From Lama guanicoe (taxonomy: Eukaryota), in the NCBI GenBank assembly GCA_013239625.1, contig MU054187.1:20587280-20651279 (forward strand): a DNA stretch of 64,000 bases, read 5' to 3'. Below the pieces are notes generated by a model, which was not told the DNA's origin, searched no databases, and saw nothing but the letters and a program-made list of their open reading frames with translations. Below are positions 39,174 through 49,360 of this stretch, piece after piece. How positions within the stretch are numbered: the stretch's first letter is position 1; every line of letters starts with the position of its first letter. The translations under genes were made by a program, and so were the position numbers.

Positions 39174-40129
39174 CTTCTTTAATAAGAAGAGAGTTTTTGT
39201 ATCTCTTGTTTGTAAGTTCTTTCCATCAGATAGTGCTGGCCATATACATTCTAATTTTGAATCTGTAACCCAAGATTCTTTAGGGTGGCAATTCCTTTTG
39301 GTAACACTTTTTTTCCTCTAAAACTTTAAACTTACTTAAGAGTAAGCAGCCTTACAATTACAAGAACTCCATTTTTAAATCACGATTTAGTATCTTTTTC
39401 CCTATACAGTTTTTAATGAACATTCTCTAATTCATCTCTTTCTTACACTTTATTACCTTCTTTACTATTAAATCCTTTATTGCTTATGTGCTTGTAAATA
39501 GATGAGGCAAGAAGAGCCTCTAAATAGTCTCTTTTTAAATAACTGCGGCCCATCACCCCTGTTGAGTGAAGTAAATTGAAAGGATCTTATTAGTTCTTAG
39601 TTAATCCTTTAATTATTTGACAAATCTTAATTGAGTTTGTTAGTATTCCTAAAATTGACTTGCAAGAACAGCCAAACTGGATCAGCACCTTCGTTAATTA
39701 CTAGTTAATTGATTATTTAAAATATATGTATTGATGCTGAAAAAAGACATAAATTGTTTTCATGTGTGCTAGTATTTCCTTTTACTTCCTTTAGATTTTC
39801 TGTTACACAAGTTGCATTTACTATTCAGTAAATACTTGTTTTAAATTTCGGTGTGGTGAACTTAAAACTACTTAAAATGTTGATATTCATCAGTAAATGA
39901 TCTTTCATTTATGAAGCAACATAAACCATATACAATTTTTACCCTGAAGGAACTATTCTTTTTTTTTTTTAATATTCTCCACTTTAAAGCATATTTTCTG
40001 TTTTCGTATTACAATTTATAGAGTATAATGACCATTGTGGTTTACCAAACAGAACACATTGTGCCTGGGAAACTGTTGACAGTATTTTGTATAACTGCCT
40101 AAAAGCCTGGTGAATATCTGTCTCTCTAA

Positions 40130-40170
40130 GTGTGTGTGTCTGTGTGTGTGTGTATGTATGTGTGTGTATG
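40130..40170. repeat. Imperfect (TG)n microsatellite
   Basis: Visible TG run. Confidence 0.85.
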
Positions 40171-40554
40171 TTTTCTCCTACAGATAAAAAAGCATCAGAA
40201 ATTTTTGGAAATAAATGTGATTCTTTGGGAACAAAACAGTCGTTTGACTGTCTTACTATATTCAGGTCAATAAGTGGCACGTGCTTCGCTGTGGAGTTTG
40301 ATAAGCCTTCTGCAAAAGTGGTTACAAGCAATCATGCGTTGAAAGGGATTATGACACTTGAATTTATTATCTTCAAAAAATATTAGCTTTTATATTAAAT
40401 GAATATTACATTTTTTAATATGTGCTAGAGTTTAGGATAAATGTCTCTTTTCTTAAATTCCTTAAATTACTGATAGTAAAGACTCATGCCACCTTATGCC
40501 AAAAAGATAAAGTCAACATTGAGAGAAAGTTGCAGACTAATGTGTTTGTATGAG

Positions 40555-40722
40555 ACTAAACACTACACACTAAAAAAGGTAATTTTGTGAGGTAGTGGAT
40601 GTGTTAACAAAGCTTACTGTGGTAATCATTTTGCAACATACAATGTGTCAAATCATTACGTTGTACCCCTTAAACTTACATAATAATTGATGTCAATTAT
40701 ATCTCAATAAAGTTAGAAAAAA
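40555..40722 (+). mobile_element. L1MA-type 3' end
   Basis: 'gtgaggtagtggatgtgttaac...tgtggtaatcattttgcaa...tcaaatcattacgttgtac..ttaaacttaca...tgtcaattatatctcaataaag'. Confidence 0.85.
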
Positions 40723-41011
40723 TTTTCCAAATTTGTAATGTCACATATAAATTCTAAAATGCTTCTAATTTGTGGTTAAAGGAACATAGATTGTATTATA
40801 TTGTTATCTTGAAAGTCTTTGAAAATTAGTTTGTAATCAAATAAATTACTTTTAACTGCATGGGATTTCCTCTGAGAGGTGTAGATATTAAAGTTTTACA
40901 TTAACTAGATAAACTATCACATAAACACATTCATCTATCATGTTCTAAAATATGTATTAAATAATTATATATGTGATTTGTTGAACTTTATTATAAATAA
41001 TAAAGTCATGA

Positions 41012-41084
41012 CTTTTTTGCATTGTACTGTACACCTGAATTAACGCAATATTGTAAATCAACTTTATTTCAATTAAAAAACAAA
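41012..41084 (+). mobile_element. 73-bp L1 3' stub with TSD
   Basis: 'ctgtacacctgaattaacgcaatattgtaaatcaactttatttcaattaaaaaa'; TSD aaagtcatga at 41002-41011 and 41085-41094. Confidence 0.85.
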
Positions 41085-41575
41085 AAAGTCATGAGAATCA
41101 TCTATCACGATCAGTGTAAATTCTTTCCAGAGGGAGACTAGAGTATCCTAGGCCTCAATTGTTCCTATAATGTTGGGATATAATATCTCACCAAGATTAA
41201 AAACAATTAGGAGTACAATGGGACTAAAGACATAAATAATAACAAAACTAATTGAAAAAAAGAAAAACAACACTGGCCTTATGGGGCTAGGAAAACCTTG
41301 TAGACATGAATCCTGAAACTGTGGGACATATGACTGACCCTAGATACAAATGTAGATGACAAAGAGCCCTGAGGAAGAGAAACTGGGGTCTGTGTCTACC
41401 TGAGACCTGGCTGTGGCTTGAAGTGCCCCAATGGCGGATCCAGTAAGTCCTGGAAAGAGGAAAAGCACTTACATACCAAAGACCATTGAGCTTCATCACT
41501 TTCCTGGATCTAAGAAGTACTATGAGAAAGCTAAATCCTCATTTTCTATACTGTGAAGTATTAAGAATTAAAACT

Positions 41576-41740
41576 GGGGGAGGGGGGTGGAGGGGCAGGG
41601 TATAGCTCAGTGGTTGAGTGCATGCTTAATATTCGTGAAGTCGTGAGTTCAATCCCCAGTACCGCCATCAGAATAAACAAACAAACTTAATTACCTCCCC
41701 CTCCATCAAAAAAAAAATTATTTTAAATAATTTAAAAACA
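41576..41740 (+). mobile_element. tRNA-Ala-derived SINE (vic-1-like) with an extended G-rich 5' end
   Basis: 'gggtatagctcagtggttgagtgcatgctt...gttcaatccccagtaccgccat...ttaattacctccccc' plus an A-tail. Confidence 0.9.
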
Positions 41741-43129
41741 TTCAATAGGTAGGTTGCAACACAGCATATTATTTAAAAATATGAGGTAAATCATGTAACA
41801 ATCAACAAAATGGCATTCAAAACAGTTGCCTCTTGGGAGCAGAACTGGAGAAAAAAATATGAGCTGGAGAATGCTCCTTTTCATAAATTTAGTTTAGATT
41901 TGTTTTGTTTTCTTTTCTTTTTATATTCATTTGTTCAGAAGTTTCCATGTTCACATAATAAAATTTTAATTAGTCATTCATGGCTTCTCTTCATCATGAG
42001 ACAAAATATTTTTTGGCTTGCTTGCTTGTCTTATTTTTGAAAGCAAAAAAAGAAATGATTGTGAGATAGTATGTGAATCTGTATCTTGAAAAGGAAGGAG
42101 AGGTTGCTTATAAAGGCAATGTCGAAAAATAACCCTTATTTCAGAAACAACTGAAATGTGTGCAGATTTCAAGTATCCAAATGCAGGATGACTCTAGCAA
42201 CTGAATTAATAATGGATCAATAATCAATAGCTGTGCAAGTGAAGAGAAACAGAGAAGAAAGCCAAGAAAAAGTCCAAAGTTGTAATATACTGAAGTGAGA
42301 GCACATACTTATTTTATGAGTAATTTAAACTCTGAGCTGCAACTCCTTATGTAACCTGGAGCAGTTAGGGAAAATCTCAGGACAAAGTAGAAGTTTTGAA
42401 AAAGATAAGATGTATCAAACTTTAAAAGGTATTTTTCTTGTTATTCAGGAAAGGTCATTTTATTTGGGAAACATTCATGCAACTGTCCTTCCTAATATCT
42501 TTCTTGTTTTTCTGCTCCATAAAATCTCTGCCATATTTGTTACTAGTGTTTATTCCAATCTCTCGAAGCTCATCCGGCTTTGGGAAGGATGCATTACTTT
42601 GTGCTTCTCCTACTTTTTTGGCAACTTTAATCTTGTTTTCATTACTAGACTCTCAATGGCCTGTTTTTATTTTGTTTTCTTCTTTATACGTTTCTTGCTT
42701 CAGTGAGCTCTTTCTTTCTCTTTTTTAATGGTCATCACTTCTAGGCAGATGACTCCCATATGTATATTTAAAGCCTGACTAAAATCCCCAGTACACAGAG
42801 AAGTGTTCGATAATATTGTAGAATAAATAAAAATTTTAACGAATACAAATTAGTGAAGTCCATGGGTATCGGGACTAATTTAAAATGTAGCTTTGATGCC
42901 ACAGGTAGATTCGATTCCAAGTGAACCATTTTCTTCCTATCTTAAAAGCTCGTATTTTAAACAGATTGTTATCTGTAATTCACATTTGTCAACATCCCTT
43001 CCTCTAATTTTGGAGGGATGGCTGTTATAAAAATTAATTTCATTCAGAGTTTATTATTACTGGGAAAATTAGTAATAAAAAGGCTGTAATATATTTCCCA
43101 TTGAGTGTTTATCAGGTTAAGAGTTTTCA

Positions 43130-43290
43130 TTGCTTAAATTATCTGTCCCTTACAAAAAACCTGAAAGACAGCTATTTTAATTTCATTTTTTAATATGTGA
43201 AAACCAAGTACTTAAAGAGGAATTACTCATCAAAAATTGCAAAACTTTTAAGTGGCAAAGATAAGGATGAAGGCCACTGGTAATTTTTTC
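43130..43290 (-). mobile_element. MIR fragment
   Basis: 'ccttacaaaaaacctgaaag..ttttaatttcattttttaatatgtgaaaaccaag...taagtggcaaag'. Confidence 0.5.
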
Positions 43291-43669
43291 CTTTTTAAGT
43301 ATACCATACTGCTTCCTCTGATCTAAAAAGAACAAGTTTCAAAAAGGGTATTACATGAATAATGTACTAATTATCATTTCAAACTGTGAAATTTAATTAC
43401 TTAATGTAATTAAAGGCCTATATTAAATTGGCTAATTCTTATTCTTGTAATTAATGGCAAATTAGATATTTAATGTATAATTATGTGAAAATTATTAACT
43501 TCATTCTTCAATGTCTTTTCTTTAAGGAAAATCTCTGAATATTGATTAACCAAACATATCAGGGAAATCTGCAATGGAAAATAAGAACACAGTAACAGAC
43601 ATTTGTATAAAAGTTTATACTTCAAGTACAAGTCTAGTTGTTGGAATCTGGAAGCTGCTGAAAGGGAAT

Positions 43670-45500
43670 GCATTCATCAGGGTGGGTTAATATCGATAAC
43701 ATACAATTCCAACTTCACAGTAGCTTCACTAATGTTGCAAGGTACACTTCAAAGAATTTCAGCTCCTTGCAGTCAAGGACAAGATACTTTCCATCTTCTG
43801 GCACCATTAGCTTTTACACAGCCTCTCAGATTAACCATAAAGTGGAAGAGAAAACAGCAGGCAAATGGGAGCTCACTCAGTCCGTGAACTTGTAGAGGAA
43901 ATGAGCTTGATGGAAGACTGGCAGTCTCTACCAGTCTACTCAGGGGCATTCTTCAGTCCATCCACAGAGTGCATGTACTCCTCCACAATGGGGAAAACCC
44001 AAAACACCACTATTTAGTAGCTGCATTCGGAAATGGTCCAAGATCTCTAGGAAAATGTGCAATACTTTTTTACTACTAAGTCAGAATGTGATTCCTCTTG
44101 GTCCGATCAACCTGTGATCCACAGAGCTCCCCTCCCTCAGGCTCACTAATACACTATGTTATATAGGGATAGGATAATTGTCATAATAGAAACTTCCCAT
44201 TAGAGAGAAGGCAATGGGCAGATTTTCAGCAGTTTGGTAGAATTCATTGCTGGGGTCTTGATGAGTGAGCACTGGGCCCCTGCACAGGCAGGGGGGGAAT
44301 GTTCTCTGATTAGTTCTGCTCTGTTCTCTGAGAGGAACACTTTTCAATTTTTTCATGAACCCTAGGACTGACCTTTTGGGAAAGGAATGAGTCTTTTGAC
44401 TGTATTTGAAATTGTTCTTGGATGATGTCGATATTTTAAAGCAGTCAGAATTTTAACAACTGGACTCACCGTTTGACACTATAATCCCCCCAGGACTTAA
44501 TAACCTTCTGATCTGTTTGTTTCCGGTCAGTTCTCTGTGCCGGTAACTGTACATAAATGCTTTTGGAGCCATATTCCTTAAATCTGCATCTTTTCTTTGC
44601 ATCCTTCCCCAACATTAATCTCTATTAACTTTAATGGCTGCTACCTTGAGGCTATCTAGTTTGAGTGGAAAACTAAAAATGCGGATTTTAATAGACTTTT
44701 GCTGTTTTCACAAACCTATTCCCATTTTATTTTGCTTAAAAGCACACATGTTTTCTAAATCTTCAAAGCCACCAGTTCCCAGAATACTTTCTCCTCTGGT
44801 TTCCTTTCTCTTTCTTATCGCAGTGTCTAACAGTCTCTGAACTTACCTCCTCGCCAAATATATCTAATAATTGTCAATGCACACTAAGAATTTAATGCTT
44901 TTCAACCACTTCCCTGGAGCTCCTGACATGGAATTTCTTCTAGGTTATTGCAGGTGATGGCGTCATGCAAAGTTTTTCCCAATGGAACATGGAACATCAA
45001 TTTTCCAGCTTTGAAAGTCAGGTTCATCTCTGTCTCGTCTGTGATCACTAAGTCGAGGTCATATAGTCACTGTTTTTGTTACAACAGGATCTAATTCCTG
45101 GTACCCCAACTACCAGTTAGGGTATGTTAAATGTTGAAAACAACGCCCAAATCTCAATGGCTTAACCAGTAACCTGCTCATGAGACAAACCACTGTGATT
45201 GGCAGGGGGTTCTGCACCTGCGGTCATTTAACGATCCCAGCAACTTCCATCCTGTGGGACGAGTATCTTTAATACATGATGCTCAAGATCATTATGAAAT
45301 GTGAAGAGAACAGAGGGAATATTGCACAGCACATTTCCACAGGCCAGGCCTGGGTTCACTTTTGCCAACATCTCATTGGCCAGTACTCAGTCCTAGGACA
45401 CTGATCTTATTTAGGAGGGATGGGTAATGCAACTGATCTCTGTGCACTACAAGGAAGAGGAAAAAAATAGATCTCAGCGAACAACAGCAGACATTCTCAG
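43670..45500 (-). mobile_element. Ancient MaLR element with two LTRs (about 43670-43935 and 45112-45500) and an internal region (MLT1J-like)
   Basis: The two LTR-like blocks align with each other; internal MaLR motifs 'aggttattgcaggtgatggc...ttttccagct' and 'ttcctggtacc' lie next to the right LTR. Confidence 0.65.
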
Positions 45501-45765
45501 GAAGGAACCTTACAATCTGTTTCATATCAGTTATTTGAAAGTCATTTTGGTGACTTCAGTGGATAAAATAAGCAAAAATCAATAAATTTTGCATGATGGG
45601 TTGTTACTGGTCATTTTTAAAATCTTCACTACTTAGAGTTCTTCTAAGGTAAGCATTCATCCTAGTTGCCTTTTCTTATTGGGCATTTTATTGGAGGATG
45701 TTCTGGATCATACAGAGACCCGCTGTTAAGTCAGTTCAGGGTGCTTTGGTATTCTGGAGTTCCAA

Positions 45766-45799
45766 TGTTACCTGTGTGACCAGTGTTACCTGTGTGACC
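45766..45799. repeat. 16-bp tandem duplication (tgttacctgtgtgacc x2, period 18)
   Basis: Seen directly. Confidence 0.9.
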
Positions 45800-46219
45800 T
45801 GTCTTCTGGAATGACCTATCTGAGTTAAAGACACAACCACCCACTCAAATGCCCAAGAGAAAATTTAGGGTTTCTTTCCTGGGCTCTTTCTGCCCGTATA
45901 CACCAAAGCTTACTAATTACTAGGTCCTTTTTTATTGTACCTCATGAATAGCTGTTGAAATGACTGGCTTTTCTTACCCTCACCGGCACATCCTCCTGGC
46001 TGGTCTCTATGACTTCAGTCTCCACTCCTTAGCAAATATGCAAACAGGATCACAAAGCTCGTCAGATTGCCCCTGTTACCTCAAAATGAAGGGTAAACGA
46101 TTCAGCACAGCGTCCACATTACTGTTATGTGCCAGACCCCAGGGCTCTCTTCCTTTTTTATTATCACTCCCCAAATTATCCACCCGCCTCTGGCTATGGC
46201 TCCTGGAGGCTGACTTTTC

Positions 46220-46425
46220 TGTCTCTGTCTTTTTACATCCATAAAACCATTTGTTTCCCCATATTTCTGCACTGTATTTTCCTTGTCTCCTTGTTTGTCT
46301 CCTCAATAAAACTTGCCAGATCCTTGAGGACAACAGCAGTGTTTTATTTATCCTTTCATGGCCAGTTCTTAATATATTCCCGGGCACACTGTAGACACTC
46401 AATCCTATTTGTGGGATGATTGAAC
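46220..46425 (+). mobile_element. L2 3' end
   Basis: 'cttgtttgtctcctc...tccttgaggaca...gggcacactgtagacactcaatcctatttgtgggatgattgaa'. Confidence 0.6.
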
Positions 46426-47235
46426 AGAACCAAATATCACATTCTAACCACCTTCTGTCTCATCCCCATTAGTCACCCAAGTGGCGCTGGGATCAGTGGA
46501 CACTTCTCCAACACGGGGCTATTTATAAACATCCTCAAAATGCACTGGATTATGCACACAGCCCAGACACAAGATTTAAGTACTTCAGAAGCTTAAGAGT
46601 GTTTTGAAGTGTATCTTTCAACATCATACCAGAAAGTATATTAGCATGTGATAAATAGCCACTGAAATAGAAAATTCATGGCAGAATCTGCTAGAAGCAG
46701 AGGGACATTTTAGTTTTCCTTTGTTTTTGTTGAAGAGAGGAGTGCAATAAGAGGACTCCAGTCCCTGGAGAAGACAAAGATTTCTCTACCTTCCTTTTTT
46801 CTCTTCCTCCAAAAAATGGTTAATGCAACTTAGAAGCTAGAAAGAGTGTGGCATATGCAACCGTGGGTAATACAAATGCTAAGTATGAACATGCAACTTG
46901 CATTTTTAGAAGAGAGGTATATTGCTAAAGAAACTTCATAGCAAAAAATAAAACAGCACTGATTCTGAGGTTAGTTCTCAAGGTTGGTTCTGGCTGGCCT
47001 TGTTTCATACAAGTTCCTGAACCCACACTCACCATCATTACACACAATCAGAAGAAGACAACACAAAGCCAAAGTGTAAATCCGAGTTCAGTGAGTCAGA
47101 AGGTGACGAGAAGCAGTATTTTTAAGTAAGTGTCACAGGTAATCTTACGTTGTTGATTAAAATTTTATTTTAAATATGCTAGTGTCATATATACAGCATA
47201 TGAATGGAGTTAGATGGGTAGGATTAAAATATCTT

Positions 47236-47680
47236 TGTCAACTGAAAAAAATGCACAACGTAAAAGCTGACAATTATGTTTTATTTGGTGGACTTTCTGA
47301 GGACTTCTAGCCTAGGAGACAGCCTCCCAGAGAGTGCTAAGGGACTGCTCTGAAGAGGTAAGGGAGGAGCCAGCATGTGTAGGAGTTTTTGCAGCAAAGA
47401 CCAAGTGGTCGGAACATCAAAAGATTACCGTTAATTAAAGAAAAAACAGATATCTCAAGCTTATGAATTTAGCCCTTTTCTGTGTACAGGAAGATGCAAG
47501 AGTCTGTACTTACAGGAATCATTCCTTTGATATGCACCTTAGATTTTTAGGGTCAGTGTGCCGTTCTTTCCCATCCTGAGTGCCCTCAGTGTGCACTGTC
47601 TGGGGTGACTGCAATGTGATGGCTTGATCACTGCAACATCCTTTGTTTATTGATATGGCAGGCAATATTTTTCATTCACA
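47236..47680 (-). mobile_element. ERV1 solo LTR, MER41-like (cetartiodactyl type)
   Basis: Minus strand TGTGAATGAAAAATATTGCCTGCCATATC...CAGTTGACA; 'gggactgctctgaagaggtaagggaggagcca', 'gaacatcaaaagattac'; flanks atctt/atctc. Confidence 0.82.
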
Positions 47681-48694
47681 ATCTCAATGACTAATTTCTT
47701 TTTCTTTGGGAACATACATATATCTCTCAACCTTAAATGTCCTTTTAGACTGACTTTTATATGTGGCTTGAAAGTATTCTAAGTAAATTGGTTACAAAAC
47801 ACTTCCTGAGCAACTGTACAGACTTCATGATTCTTTCTCAACAGGTCCAACTTATCTCTTGCCAAGACTGATCTGCCAGTGAAGGAAGGCAAGTTCCTTA
47901 TTTCACTCGGCCAAAAGATTGAGATTTTGTCCCTTAATGAAGATAAAGAAGGGATCATAATTATGCCAAATAAGGTATCTCTTGGCCCACAGAGGCTGAA
48001 AGTGGAGCTAAATAGGGCCAATTAATACTATCTTCTCTATCAAACAGTAGAGAGGACATTACACTTCTTATCAGCCAGGAATTCCTAGATACTGATGATG
48101 AATTGCTTTTTCATTTTCTTACATTGTCTTTATCTTTATGGAACAATCCAATCATTCTATTTCTCCTTTTTAGTAAGAGAGTCGGGGAGGGGAAGCAGCA
48201 GAACACGCCACACTCCACAATTTTTCCAGTTTCACACCAAAAATTGTGTATATTAAAATATTCTTTTCCAGAGACACAAATAAATTTGTGAATCACCAAG
48301 ACTGGATCTATTAGTTATCAAATACCAAATTATAATTATATTTTTGATTCCTCTCCCTTTAGTGACTTCAAATGGGATAATAAATTTACAAGAGGCTGAA
48401 TTAAGAGGCGGTTAGTTACCAGGTATCACATTTGCAATTTACCCATGGTAAATGTTTACTGATGACATAAGTACTGGAAAAATATGACTGTGGATTTCGA
48501 GTCAACTCCTTTATTTACAATTTTATCTTCTCTGAGCTAAATGAAATGGACTTGTAAAGTTTACTTACTGGTGCATGAGTTCCAAGAAGTTATGTTAAAT
48601 TTTACTATTTTTTTCTTGATCCCTAGAAGAACTCTTAATAATTTATGCAATAAAATGAGGGAAAAGTGAATGAACATACTCAGATTTGTTTTTC

Positions 48695-48830
48695 TCCTTC
48701 ATTCACTTATTTATTAAACATTTCTTGAGCAACTGCTATGTGACAAACTCAGTACCAGATTTAGTGGTACAAAGACGAATCAGGTTCAAATTACCCTCAT
48801 GAAGTTATAATCCAGTGAATATTCACTATA
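48695..48830 (-). mobile_element. L2 3' end
   Basis: 'ttcattcacttatttattaaacatttcttgagcaactgctatgtgaca...ccctcatgaagttataatccagtg'. Confidence 0.7.
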
Positions 48831-49033
48831 AAACAGTGAACGAGATGAAGTTAAGCAGGTGATACAAGAAGTACTTTTGAATTCTTTCTTGTTCCAGGTT
48901 CTACAATGAGGTTTTATTATATTTTAACTGAATTTTGTATCTGGATAATGATAGATTCACACACAGTTATAAAAAAAACTACAGAAATATCTCTTGTACA
49001 GTTTTCCGTTTCTCCAAAGGTAATTACTTACAC

Positions 49034-49092
49034 ATATATAATATAATATAATATAATATAATATAATATAATATAATATAATTATAATATAA
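49034..49092. repeat. (TATAA)n microsatellite
   Basis: Visible pentanucleotide array. Confidence 0.9.
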
Positions 49093-49242
49093 CAAAACAA
49101 TCATTGACACAAACCATCAATGTTATTCAGACTTCCCCAGTCTCACATACACTCATGTGTGTGTTAATTAAATTCTATAGAATTTAATCACGTTTAGGTG
49201 CATGTATACACTGCTACAGTCAAGAGTCCAAACAGCGGTAAC

Positions 49243-49360
49243 CTGGCGGGAAGGGTATAGCTCAGGTGGTAGAGCGCATGCTCAGCATGCAAGAGATCCC
49301 GGGTTCAATCCCCGGAACTCCTTTAGGCAGAAATCAATATTTGGAATACAAACAATACAA
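49243..49360 (+). mobile_element. tRNA-Ala-derived SINE variant or tRNA retrocopy with an atypical tail
   Basis: Intact A and B boxes; TSD ccaaacagcggtaac (49228-49242) and ccaaacagtggtaac (49361-49375). Confidence 0.88.

Noticed and set aside
47830..47980. Possible exon (ttctttctcaacag acceptor, one open frame SNLSLAKTDLPVKEGK...)
   Set aside because: The peptide is unrecognisable, donors are weak and there are no partner exons.
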